Made by a program: the position numbers and the translations under genes. From the NCBI RefSeq assembly GCF_964204645.1, contig NC_134030.1, positions 7,110,778-7,174,777 of the forward strand: a stretch of 64,000 nucleotides of DNA, in the 5' to 3' direction. The notes below the pieces were generated by a model. The model had not been told where the DNA came from. It searched no databases and was given only the letters and a program-made list of their open reading frames with translations. Shown in pieces: positions 37,041 to 50,846 of this stretch. Source of the DNA: Tubulanus polymorphus. Lineage: Eukaryota; Animalia; Nemertea. Each line of letters begins with the position of its first letter. Position 1 is the stretch's first letter.

Positions 37041-40000
37041 TCATCGATTCGCTTCACATCCGTTCCTCGTCTCGGTGACGCCATCTTGTTCTTCAAATTT
37101 ATCAGTGCGCTTTCGTCGCAGCCGCTTCAAGCGGTACACGAGTTGAGATCCAAAAAACCAGAAAACCTCGGCAATAGCCAATAAAGATGCGCCTAGGTAA
37201 AGCCCGGCAGAACCACCTAAATCACCTAAAATAATGAGAAAATAATGAGAATGAGAAACGAAAGTCACACAGGATTTACGATCTGATCGTCTTACAATTT
37301 TACAATCTAGACAGTTATCAACAGTTGTAAATCTGTTTAGATTTGAGTGGAACCTCGCTAATACGAGTACCTTGGGTAATAGAAAATTATTTGTATTAGC
37401 AACGTTTTTTCAACATTTTAACAAATGTTTCGTACCACGTCGTGTCTTTTGATTTCAATTTTTGATGAATAGAATAAAATTGAAATGATAATATAATAAT
37501 GAATAATAAAAAATGAATAAAATTCGCTTTTGATCTTATATTTAACTTTGTATATACTGGGTTTTAACTAAGTGTGAAATTAATGCTTGTAAAATCCCAC
37601 AACGCCGTTTGCATACCGCATATCCACTATGAATTATAATCGAAACTTATTCATCACAAAGATGAACGATTATCGAGTACTTAGTTGTTGTACTTAGATA
37701 AAATCAGTAAAATACCAAGCAATGCGAGCAAGCTACAAAATTATTTGATATTCAATTAATTGCGAAACTTACAAACTAAGGAAAACCACAAATATCCTTT
37801 AGACTTTTTCAACGTCTCCAAACTCAGCGTTCGAAAGTAGACTGAAACGTATACGTAATTATTTCTGGAAATAAACAGTAAAAAGTCAGAGGTTAAACAT
37901 AATAAGCGTATGGGATCGCCACCGGAAAACACATTGTAGCATTTCCTAACAAGAATACTAACATTATAAATTCTTCCCCAATGACAATGCTGTTCCGATA
38001 CTTTGTCATATGATCGTTTAAGAGTGAGGTTGCAAGAGTCAATTCAGCTTGCGCATCGCGATATTTTTTCATAGTTTCGGTCAGTTCATCATTCTCTTCG
38101 ACGACATAATGTAGTTTTTTCTTAATTCTCGCCAATAATCTCCTAGCCTCAACAGGAATATCATAACTAAGCATCTTCCCGATGAAGTCTCTTGCAGGTT
38201 GGCTACGCCGGTCCATGTCTTTTATGACTGAGGATATCACTTTCAACGAGTTTTCCATGAACGTTTGTAGATCTAGCTGGAACTTTTCAAAAAGGTCTTT
38301 ATTTTCCAGCATCAGAGAATTTAATTCCGCCATAGAAATCTGTTTCTGCGCGATCATTGTTTGAAGCCATCGAGTAACATTCGCATTTATTACGTCAATG
38401 TCTTCGATCAATGATACTATGTTAATAGGTGTCGGAAAAATCATGCGTTTAGTTGCATCATATTTCATAGGTGCGCTGATACTGTTTTCATATAAGATCG
38501 TTACATATTTCAAATATAAGTCGGACAACTGTATTCTGAAGGTCTTAAATGAATTTTCAAAATCATAAAATTTGTAAACAACATTATTCAATTTGGTTTT
38601 CAGATTGATCGCAGATCTTTCGAATTCATCGATAATACCAGGAAACAGACCGGTTAGATTGTAGAAACGATGCCAATCCCATCTAGATTGATTATTGCCA
38701 ACATCGTATAACTTTGCCTTAGAATCAATGCAGGCAGTGATCATCATGTCACATGATTCTTGAAACCGTTTAATGTGACTAATTATTGTTGGAAAATCGA
38801 TCAATGACTTGACGAAAGTTGTATATTCCATGAAGTTGGCATATAGATCATTAAAAGCTAACCGAATCGATATGGCTGTGTTGAGTATATTTTTGTATAC
38901 AAAACCAACGTTTGAAAACGCTGCTTGAAAATTCATTCGTGATACAACCGACGAGTTTGTTAGGAAATCATTTATCGCTTTGAAATCTGAAATAAGGGTC
39001 TTGTTAAGGGCCGTTTTAAAATTCATCAAACCTGGAATAACTAGCGTGGAGATTTTTCCCATGTCGGTATAGCGTAGATAATTTTGTTTCTCCACTCGTA
39101 CAGAACGTGACATTTCTCCCAGCTTTTTCGTGACGTAGTGCTTATGCGAATAGATGTTTTCATCTTGATTTTTAAGAAATTTGCTTACGTTTTTTATGGC
39201 CATTTCTGATTTATCCAGTGATAAAACAAAATTGAAAACCGCCGTAAAGCTCGCATCCGCCAGATGAGGGTCAGCGTTATATAGAGCTTCTCTGGCCATT
39301 TTGTAATCTGCTAACATTCCCAGGTTGATTTTTTCTTTTCGTGCCATTATCCTCGCCATACTCTTCGACAGAGCCGCGTAACTGATTCGTGAATCGTACG
39401 TCAGTTGTTTACATGGTGGTGGACATTCACTAGTGCCGCAAACTGTTCGATTTCGACGCATTTTCGCTACGAAAAAAAATATCAAATACGTATATCGAGT
39501 GAATAAGTAGTTTTAAAGCTGATGTCCCCAGGGACACGACGCTAGTGTGCGGAGCTTGAACATAAGATCTGGTGAGTTCTTGTTACTACCCTGCACAGCA
39601 TTCGTTAATTTCCCTTACCGAGTTGTAATTGGTAGCAATCCCTGTGCTGTTTTAAAGTACAATATGGCAGACCTGCAGGACTTTCTTCAGCATAAAACGG
39701 CAGGCATTTACATATTGATGACGTCACGCGTACATAGCAGTCGTGTTGACACATACTTTGTCTTTGGGCGTTTTTTATGCATTTTCCGTACGGTTCTTCC
39801 AATTCGGTCGTCTGAAATTATATCATAATTTAATCTTTGAGTGGAAAGAACACATTTACAGGAAACTGGCAACGACACCTTTGTCTTAAAAATAAACGTA
39901 TTTTGAAAGGGATCCAATGCTTTTAAATGAGAAATCGCTAGCATTTCCTTTTTGAGTTATTCACTCATTCATAAACGACAACTTTTTGAAACATGATTCT

Positions 40001-41977
40001 ATCTATTTCTAACCTTTTTAGCTTGAACATCGATACGCGCACTCATCGACGGAGGAACAGATAATGCCAATTCTTGTATGCATATTCCTTGATATTTATC
40101 ATGTACTAGAACTTTAAGTCCGGCAGATTTGTGTTCTCCTTCCATGTCTTGGTACTCTTCTAAGTTAATCAACAAGTTTAAACCATATGCTGCTCCTTTA
40201 TTGAAGTAAAGATGAATTACTGAATACGAGTTGCATTCAAGGAATCGACATTTGAAAAAAATCAACTTTTCATCTTTTACCAGTCCCTTGGCTGTATAGA
40301 TGTTCCGTCTTGCCGTGGTTAAACCCGAAGCATTGTCCGTAGTCAGTCAACACAGTTGTCAGGTTAGTCAATGTAAGTTCCTTGGATTGGAACTCCGCGC
40401 TTGAGAAATGATATAGAATTTTCAAGTCGAAATCTATCAATATAACTATTTCACACTTCATCGATTTTACTTACGATTTCACGGTGTCGTTCAAACGATG
40501 GCCATATTTCAATATCAGTGTCCGCATATCAATATTTTCGAAAGCGTCTCCTATCGAATTATTTCCAGTAATCGAATTGTTCTGAGTTGAGATACTTGTG
40601 TTTGTTGACATATTTCCAGTTGTCTGTGTTGTTGGTCTCTCGTTCTGGTGGTAGAAATCATCGATGTACTTGAACAATCCATCTCTATATACATCAGATA
40701 ATCTAAAGAGTAAAAGGTTAGACTCAAAATCATTTTAACGGAAAGTTATCCTAAATAGAATACCTGCTTAATATTTAGACTATTTTAGCTTATTTTCAAT
40801 GTTGCTTGACTGAAATACCTGAAAGTGTTTGTGTTGCAGATGGTAACTGCCGGGAATGGTATCTGACCTCGATTGTTTTCGAGAGATATATCCACGGTAA
40901 CCGGCCATGAAATGTAATATTTGACTCGGTCGTGTACCTGGTAGATTAGCGCCCCTGTCATACTCAAAAACAACAACAACCAGATACATCTAGAATATAA
41001 CGGAATAAGTCACTTTTTAACATTGTAAACGTTTCATGTAACGGAGATACGTATATATTTGATATTTGCCCGGACGCAATTTCATGACTTGATGTTGATA
41101 CGTTAGCATTCGTGCCTTACGCAATTGTGATACAACACTGATACGTAGAAATGAGAAGGTATACGCCATGCTTAATTTTAACTAGTCAATTTGAGATTTG
41201 TTTGCAGGATTTTTCAGGGTGGGGGCCAGTTGCACAGTCATGACTTCAGACCAAAAGTGGTCTTAAATCTTAAGACTGGTTATCTTAGATATTGGTCATA
41301 GAACTAAGTTGGTCTTAGTCTGGTCTTAAGTCTAAGCCATGACTATGCAACCGGCCCCAAGTTTATAACTGGTAGTTTTGATAGAATCCAGGAATTTGTA
41401 AACCCATCCAGAGCCGAAATGATATCAGATTTCTAAGTGTTTAGTTCGTTTCTAAGCTACCTTTTATGGCTCGAAAATAGTTGGCTTACTGGTTTTGATG
41501 ACTTTGGGGATGTGGGAAATTGAAAGTCACCTTACTCGTATTTCACTTAATTCGTATGAACACCACCAGTTACCAAAGATACGAGTTAAGCAGAGTTGGC
41601 TCTTGACAAGATAAACCCTCAAAATCTTCGAACGCACGGACAAATGGTCGAAAACTTATTTGCAGGTTGTGCGAGGAAACATTTGGATATATTTTCGTAT
41701 CAGTGAAAACAAAGAGAACATAGAAAACTAAAACGGGTTAAAATAAAAGCTTTAATAAACTAGAATAGAAAGAATTAGTCATTGTGAACTACCGTCGTTT
41801 GACAACAGTGAATATCTTTTTTGTAATTTGATAATCCAAAGGGATAAACTATGCTTACCTGATGGTCATAGTTGGAGAGTGTCCTATGTATCTTACCCCG
41901 TGAAATGCCGTGTCATTGGAGAAGTCGGAAAGCGCTTCTTTAAATGTTTGTTTATCCTCGATTTTCACCGCTGCCAT
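37041..41977 (-). CDS. DEG/ENaC channel paralog F with giant knuckle insertion (~930 aa)
   Basis: Exons 41977-41859, 40989-40819, 40702-40475, 40399-40281, 40195-40014, 39811-39619, 39466-37963, 37864-37773, 37225-37041, in frame. Confidence 0.92.
41222..41358. mobile_element. 137 bp palindromic MITE (PIF/Harbinger-like GGGGCC termini)
   Basis: GGGGCCAGTTGCACAGTCATGACTT / AAGCCATGACTATGCAACCGGCCCC; TSD not evident; superfamily inferred from termini only. Confidence 0.7.
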
Positions 41978-42435
41978 TGTCAAAATCCGTATTGAAAGAT
42001 AACGATTTTTGACTACAGACCCGGACAAAGAGGTGCTGCCACAGATGATGGTAAATAATGATTGGCTGGCAAATTCTCTTAGCTGCAGGTGGTTAATGCC
42101 ATGGTTACTATGCAAGTCTAACACAAAAACCACTACACCAGGATTCAGTTCCGCAGTTTACTCCGAGCTAGGATTAGTTCATACTCAATTATTCATTTAT
42201 TCACTTATTTATTTATTTCAGAAATAAATCGCTACACTGTGTATGTACTATGTGACTATCAATACATAATGTTGTAATATAAAACTTGGGTTTCAGAAGA
42301 AAACATGGCTAGTTAGTTGACTAGAATCAAATCTTATTTCAGAACTATGGAAATGAGTCCACACAAATTTCTAAATCGATTGATGAGTATTGTATTTTCT
42401 GTGAGATTGGGCCATGCCAGGCATTCTACATACCA

Positions 42436-43529
42436 AGTTTCAAGTTTCAAGTTTCAAGTTTGTTTATTCATTATAATCACATGACATGATCGTCAATGAA
42501 CAGCGGATTAGAAGAAAACAATATAATACATATATACAATACTAGGATTACAAAAATATTTACAGGAAAGAGTGCATAGGACATAGCGTACTGTACAATA
42601 TAAGTCAAGCATAAAATTAAATATAATATTCAAATCCCGATTGGATATACTTTCCCAAATTTACCAATTCTGATTGACTACCTATATCATTAAAAATTCT
42701 ATTTATATCATTTACATCACCAATTTCCAAATCAAATTTCGTCCTGAGACAGTCGAATTTGCTACACGATAAGATGAAATGCTGCTCGTCTTCCACACAG
42801 TTACATATATCACAAAGTCTGTTTTCTCTACTCAATCCCAGGTGTCTGCCTTTTTCTATCATCAGTCGATTGGATGAGGTACGTAGTTTGGCAATTGCAC
42901 TCCTAATATTAAAATTCTTTACAACCAATAAGTAGTTTTCTAGTTGGTAGGACTGTTTAATCGTATTATAAAAAGATAATTTGTTATGACTTGCAGATTG
43001 TTCCCTCCAAGAATAGACGAAATTTTCTTGTAGTTTGCATTTGATGCTATTAAAAATAAAGGGCACCTAGATTTTCCAGCAGGTTATTAAAGTTCAAATG
43101 AGTGAGTAGAGTCTTAATGCCCGTTATAAAATTACAGTTATTATTGCTGTCGTCCCTATACATATCAAGGAGACTCTGATAGACTAAACTATTAGGATTA
43201 TTCGTCATAATAGACATCCAGAATTTAATTGCTGACAGAAGTACATCATTGAAGACTGGGAAAACCCCCAGATCACCAAAAACAGGTAATAGAAGTGATT
43301 TATTGTGTAACCCAAGGATTAATCTACAGAATCTTGACTGTACTTTTTGACAAATGAGTTTATTGTAATGAGCACATAGGTAGTTCGGATTAACACCCTT
43401 TTTCGTGCTTTCTAAGAGAGAAAATATACCCCAGACCTCTGAACCATATACAAGTATAGGCTTAATTAACGCATTAAATAGTTCAAGTTGTTGTTGGATA
43501 TGGAGATTATTAAAACCAGGCATTTCCAT
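42436..43529 (-). mobile_element. 5'-truncated non-LTR retrotransposon (LINE) ORF2 C-terminal fragment with frameshift
   Basis: ORFs 43050-43529 (LFNALIKPILVYGSEVWG) and 42617-43066 (KLSFYNTIK..IAKLRTSSNRLMIEKGRH..RLCDICNCVEDEQHFILSC, CCHC-type); AATAAA and (AAACTTG)n tail at 42436-42468. Confidence 0.88.
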
Positions 43530-44186
43530 GATACTGACCGAAGACGCAGTGTAACCCCACGTTCTTCAATGTCGTAATATAACTGCAATAGCGCCGATGT
43601 ATCTAATATACCGGGGAATGTAACCCATTACAGTATCCAAATATTGTCCTTAACGACAATGCGATAGCGATAGGTCGTCAAACACATACATGTCCGTACT
43701 CAGGATTTTGAAAGGCATTTTTCACTTTAAAAATTACTACATTAATTTCTAAACAGCAAAGGTAACAATTGTTTTCCTTTTTTAAAGCATAATGCATAAC
43801 ATTTCATATGAAGTGTTGAGTGCAGTTCATAGCTTTGTCCAGGAAATCCAACCCTTCTCATCGAGGCTTTATCCGAGTTTATCCGAGACTTTATCTCTTA
43901 AGTCCGGCCTTATCCGAAACTTCATCCCTTCTCCAGAATAAAACAAATGAAATTACAATTTGATTACGTGTATTTATAAAATGTATAAAAATGTTCCTCG
44001 GATTTTTACGAAGGTTGACTATCAAGTAGAAGTGCAATAACAAAATACAAAAAGTTCTCTTGATTTGAGTTTAAAAATTCGGTATCGGGTTTAATAATAA
44101 GCGAGACAATGAGTTATTTGAATGAGTAAATTGTTTCATATTTCGGTGATTGATATAAAATAATTGGTGGCGTTTCGCTTTCCTTT

Positions 44187-47100
44187 TCAGACTGGAGATG
44201 TGTTAAAATTGATACCATTTTGGTTAACTTTTGTCTCGGTGACGTCATAATGTTGTTCCTCCTTATCAGCGCGCACTCGTCGCAGCCGCCTCAAGCGGTA
44301 CACGAGTTGAGATCCGAAAAACCAGAAGACCTCGGCAATAGCCAATAAAGATGCGCCTAAATAAAGCCCGGCAGAGCCACCTATATCACCTAGAATATGA
44401 GAATGAGAATAGATGTACAACAATGCTGTGAACAGTTGGGAATAGGTTTCTTTTAGATGGATACTCTAGGAAATAAAGTGTTCAAATCAAATCAAATCAA
44501 ATGAAACCATGGAATCTAAAATAAATGTGTTGATATGCTTACGATGCCGTTTGCATTCCAGATAATCCCGTTCTAATTTATTTACAAACCGTTTTCATTT
44601 ACAATTATATACAAACTACTTATTTTTAATCTGGTCGTATCCATAAAAAAGAAGGGCAACCAAATAATTGTTTTAGACTTTTTTCATTGAAATTGATTTT
44701 TACATTTCAAATTATAGACGCGAGTTTTCATTAATAACATTTACTCACAAATTAACGAAAACCACAAATATCCTTTAGACTTTTTCAACGTCTCTAAACT
44801 CAGCGTTCGAAAGTAGATAGAAACGTATACGTAATTATTTCTGAAATCAAACAACAGTTCAACATAAATACATATGCCTCTACCGGAAATCACCATACAG
44901 AAATTCCTAACGAGAATACTTACGCTAAAAAGTCTTCATCGATGACAATGCTGTTCCGATATTTTGTCATATGTTCGTTTACGAATGCATTTATAACAAT
45001 CAATTCAATTTGCGCATTGCGATATTTCTTGATGGCTTTAGCTAGTTCATTCTTTTCATGGACGATGTACTGCAGTTTTTTCTTTATTTCCGCCAATGCT
45101 TTTCCACCGACGGTAGGTAATGTGATCATGGATGCGAAGAAGTCTATGGCAGGCTGGCAAAGTTGGTCCAAGTCATTAATGAGTGAGTATATCCCCGTTA
45201 ACGAATTATCCACGAACATTTGAAGGTCTCGCGTGAACTTATCCAGTAGGTCTTTATTATCAAGCATCAGTGAATTTAATTCCACCATGGAAATCTTTTT
45301 CTGCGCGATCATTGTTTTAAGCCGACGAGTGACATTCGCGTTAATTTCGTCAATGAATTCACTCAAGGTTATGATGTTAATTGGTGTCGGATAAAGCCAG
45401 CGTCCAACTGGTTTATAGAATGTAGGTGCGCGGATGAGGTTTTCGTATAAGATCAGAAGATATTTCATATACGCGTTGGTCAAATCTAATCTGTTAGTTT
45501 TGATGGAACTCTCGAGCTGGTCCAATTTATAAACAACATTTTTCAATTCCGTTTGCAGATCAATCGCCGATATTTCGAATTCGCCGATGATGGTGTCAAA
45601 CTGACCGGTTCGATTGTAGAAAATATCCCAATCCCGTTTTAGTTGACTGTTGCGAATATCGCGTAACTCTGTTTTGGATTCATTGCAGGCAGTAATCATT
45701 GTATCACATGATTCGAGAAATATTCTATGGTGATCTGCGCTTTTGGGCAAATCGATGAAAGACTTAGCGACTGTTGCATCTTCCCGCAGGTTAACAACTA
45801 GATTTTGAAAAACTGACCGTGTCGATATTGCTGTATTAAGCATATTTTGAAATACGCCACCAACGTTGGAAATCGATGCTTGGAAATCCATTTGCGATAC
45901 AACCGACGAGTTCGCTAGAAAATCATTGATAACTTTGAAATCTGAATCAAGGGTATCGTTAAGTGCAGATTCAAAATTTGTCAAACCCGGAATAACTATC
46001 GTGGAGATTTTTTCCATGTCGGTATAGCGTAAATACATCTGTTTCGCCTGTCGCACAGAACGTTCGACGCTTTGAAGGTTATTGTTGTTGTAGTTCAAAT
46101 CCGATAGAATAACCCTATCATGATTTTTTAGAAATCCTCTAACTTTTTTTATGGCAACTTCGCATTTTTCTAGTGTTGTAACAAAATTCGAAACTGTATT
46201 GAAGCTCGTCGCCGCCAGATGAGGGTCAGTAATATATAGTGTTTCCCTGGCTTTTCTGTAATCTGCTAGCATGTTCAGGTTATTTTTCTCTATTCGTGCC
46301 ATTTTCCTTGCCATACTCTTCGACAGAGCCGCGTAACTGATTCGTGAATCGTACGTCAGATGTTCACACGGTGGTGGACATTCATTAGTGCCGCACACAT
46401 TCGGATTTTGACGCATTTTTGCTAGAAAAAAAACCCACTTATACTGATTTACTGAATCGATAGATTTAGGCATAAACATTGCATGGTAGTTTGAACCGAC
46501 GATGACACCCCATCTGTGCTTTTCCTTACCGAGTTCTAGTTGGTAGCAATCTCTGTGCTGTTTTAAAGTACAATATGGTAGACCTGCGGGACTATCTTCG
46601 GCATAAAACGGCATGCATCTACATATTGATGACGTAACTCTTATATAACAGTAGTGCTGACACATACTTTGTCTTTGGGCGTCTTTCATGCAAAGTCCGT
46701 ACGGATCTTGCAATTCGGTCGTCTGAAATTACACCACATAGACAAAATAGTTTATAAAATCAAATCTAATCTATATTCATGTAAACTCGGGTCGATTTAT
46801 TGTATCGAACACATTCACTGGATACAATTTCAATGAGAAATATAAAGCACCTCCATCTTTTATAAAATCCGTAATCTATATTTACCTTCGATAAAACGCG
46901 TCTTACTTAACTGATATTTTTAATCGAGTAATATGCTGATCATCACTTTTACCTTTTTAGCTTGAACATCGATAAATGCACTCATCGACGGTGGTACAGA
47001 TAACGACAAATCTTTCATACGAATTCCTTGATGTTTATCATGAACTAAAACCTTAAGTCCGGCGGATTTGTGTTCTCCTTCCATATTCTGGTACTGTTCT

Positions 47101-49218
47101 AAGTTGATCAACAGGTTCAAGCCAAATGCCACTCCTATGTTTAGAGAGTTTCCTTAAACCACAGAACACGAGGTTCATTCATTTAGGGATGTAGATTTTT
47201 TACTTTTCTTACCAGTCCCTTGGCTGTACATTTGCTTTTTCTTGTCGTGATTAAACCCCAGGCATTTTCCGTAGTCAGTCAAAATAGTTGTCAGATTAGT
47301 CGTTGCCAGTGTCTCTGATTGGAAGTTCGCACTTAAGAAATGACAACGAATGTAAACGAAATCTATCGATACTCATCTTAAACTGCATCGATTTAACTTA
47401 CGATTTCATGGTATCGTTCAAACGATGGCCATATTTCAATATCAATGCCCGCATATCAATATCATCGAAAGCCGTGGAATTCCCAGTTATCGAAATGTTT
47501 TGAGTAGTTGACATATTTCCAGTTATCTGCGTTGTTGGTTTCTCGTTCTGGCGGTAGAAATCAACAATAAGCTTGTACAACCTGTCTTCATAAGTATCAG
47601 ATAATCTATATGATAGAAATACATGCTGATCAAAATTTGTTTTGACGTGAGTTAGTTTTATTCTCAATGTCGCTTGGCTAAAATACCTGAAAGTGTTGGT
47701 GTTGCAGATGGTAACTGCCGGGAATGGTATCTGATCTCGATTGTCGTCGAGAGATACATCCACCGTAACCGGCCATGAAATGTAATATTTGACTCGGTCG
47801 TGCACCTGGTAGATAAAGGCGCCCGTCATACTCAAAAATAACAACAACCAAATACATCTAGAATTGAACAAGAAATAGATATTATTCATCGTTTCATGCG
47901 GCTGCTTTGAAGCAAAGATGCAAAGATGAGGCAGAGTTTCTACTTATACATGCTATTCATAAAACATGTCTGGAGTATTAGTAGAATGACCATCATCCTC
48001 CCCAAAAGCGGTTTTTAGAGAATTACATATTTATAATCTATTTCATTCTTTGATTATCATGTATTTTGGTATGACTTTCAAATCAAGAGGGTTTATATTC
48101 ATTGAAAGTAAAGTCCACACCCTCAAACTTGATATTATAACTTCTGTAACATATTTATATATCTGTTTAAGTATGTATCTATAAAACCGGTCGTTCAATA
48201 TTCGTTTCCATGATTTTCAAATGACAACTCGTACACGTGATGAATAGAAAATGTATTGTTTTGTCTCTCTTCTGGGACTTCATACCCTCCTGCTGCGTAA
48301 TGGAATATATATGTACATAATCTAACAAATTCATTAACATCGCATATTGCAATTACGGATAAATCAATTGAGTAAATTGTAGAAATTGGAATAAAAACAA
48401 ATAGCACTTTCAATCATCTCTGCGGTACAGATTCATTATGAATCATCATGAATTTAATGATGGAAAAACGTTCATTAAAGCAGCAACTAAAATTCGTCGT
48501 GATAATTTACTGAGATAGATCACGCGTTAAATATTCATGCGCTACATTCAATATCGAACAAAACGCTCTACTAATGATTATTACAATTGAAATGTTGTGA
48601 TAAAATCGAAATAGCTTGAAAATCTTTTGGCGATTGTAAAACACAACCAAAATCAACCGCATAACGGGGCCATGCTTGTGGTGGCAATTTGACATTTCAC
48701 GCATTGACGTTTTATGTAAGCACGTATTGGACCATATGCAATCTGTGTTTTTTTGCAAATTTCGGATTTTAAGATATTTTTGCAATACCCCTTTGCTGAC
48801 TTTATACAAGGGCCGTCCATGCTAGGTTTTTTTGGTGGAAACAAAATCTAGATAGGTTCTAGATCAGTTAAGTTGTTAAATGTTCATTTGGCACAAGATC
48901 AAATAATTGTGAATTCTTTTGAGAGACATGCGCAAAGGCTTAGTTTTCAGCTGAAATGCCTTTTGATTTTCGAGAAAAGCCTTAAACGTGTTCTCAAGGT
49001 TATACACAACCAAAAAATTACAAGGAAACAAGATACATTTTTCATTCGTAAAAACAAATTGTCATAGCAATATATTAAGCTTACCTGATGGTGACAGTTG
49101 GAGAGTGTCCTATGTATCTAACCCCATGAAATGCCGTGTCATTGGAAAAGTCGGAAAGCGCTTCTTTAAATGTTTGTTTATTTTCAACTCTGACCGATTG
49201 CATGTTCGAATCCGCCAT
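44187..49218 (-). CDS. DEG/ENaC channel paralog G with giant knuckle insertion (~931 aa)
   Basis: Exons 49218-49085, 47857-47687, 47605-47402, 47331-47213, 47134-46953, 46722-46530, 46421-44924, 44840-44749, 44389-44187, in frame. Confidence 0.92.
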
Positions 49219-50846
49219 CGTTGAAATCCGTAACAAAAGATGATGCCAAAACAATGATCGACTGACACATCCTCTCCGATGTAGCCGGCTATACTGTCAT
49301 GGTTACCAAACGATCCGAAATGCATGTTATATGAAACCGTTTCAGATCATTTAATAATAACAATAATAATAATGATAATAACATTTATTTCTACACCGCT
49401 CTCCACTGCGTTTTAGAGTGATGTACATATAGACTGGCATCATCTTATTACATCAAGAAGCTGTCGGGTTACTCTCAAAGAAGATCAAACACTACAAAGA
49501 TGATTTCGGTAGGTACGGAGAGTTGTTGGACACCGATGACGTCGGCTGCCACGGTTGATTCAAAATAATAAGCAATGGATGAAGAATTCACAATCGGAAA
49601 GAATGTACTACATAATCCTACGTGATTATCATCATTTTTCTGCAGGGTCCGGCCCGCCACACGAATGTAAGATTTTGACCGCCATGTGCTGCCGCTATAT
49701 ATTTCATAAGCGCCGAAAGCATTAACTAACTGAATTGCGCAAATTCCTACTGTGGCATGCAAGTAATAGGCAAGTTCACACATTCAACGTCAACGATATG
49801 TGTAGAGGCAGCACTTGACGGTTTAGATTTCACACGAATCGTACGCCCACTGTAGTATGCGCGTACATCTTACAAACAACACCAATTTACTTAATTTGTT
49901 TAATTCAATCGACACTCAGATATTTTCACACCACGCAAATCCTAACAAAACTGGAACCTGAGATATATCTATCTTAGACGTAAATAGTTAAATCTCCATT
50001 TTCGACAACCTAAATCCTACAACCAGTATTTTTCAGCATAGCCAAATATATTAAACTCGGTTTGCCATTGTCCTGATATTTCTTGGATTAACATTTTTTT
50101 ATATTTTCAATATTGTTTTTCTTCACCTGTAATTAGTGTTAATTATGCCTCATTTTATTACTTGTTCATCTCCTATTATGTATATACTTGATTTTACCGA
50201 AACTGTATCAGTTGCAAACAATGTTTTTTAAAATGTTTATCGCTGAATAAAGATTGAATTGAATTGTATTATATTTTTCGCAGAGAGCCGTGGTCCTCTA
50301 ATTCGCCTAAACAGAATAAAATATAAATCGTAATACGTAGCCCACTTTTCCCATTAGCGCCTTCAGAAACCCGCTGACCGCTTATTAACCGACAAGAGAT
50401 TATGAATGTTCCCCTAGCCACGGCCCGGCTTTACGCTGTTTGCCTGGTACGTGCATTCCTCAAGCATTTTAATCAATCCTCCAAAAAGCGATGACATCTT
50501 GATCATCATTAGCTTACTAGAATGCGTCCTATTCTAGTATAGATAACGGTAACGAATCTGATAAATGACATAACACCCTTCTTTCATTCGGTTGTACACA
50601 AAAGCGAAGAAGTGCAAAATTTAATCACAAAGATAATTTCAAAGTATATCGAGATATACGTATTGTGATTGGAAATCGTAGCTTATTTAACGGGAGATGA
50701 TGACATGTATCTTAATCAGTACATTTTTACATAAATAAGTGATTCATAATAAACTGACACTAGTATGGTCCTGCTTTGTTCAAAAAGGATTCACTCAAGA
50801 TCCATTCTCTACCTTGGTGGCGTCGTCAAGATTTGTTCCTGCGAAT

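Noticed and set aside
42410-43535. CCAGGCATT at both ends of the LINE as a target-site duplication
   Set aside because: The match is short and not flush with the tail; the element boundary cannot be fixed without the family consensus.
49475-49783. 102-aa ORF with a weak signal-peptide-like start between G and H
   Set aside because: No recognisable motif, no paralog in the other spacers, non-ATG first codon; cannot be supported without expression data.
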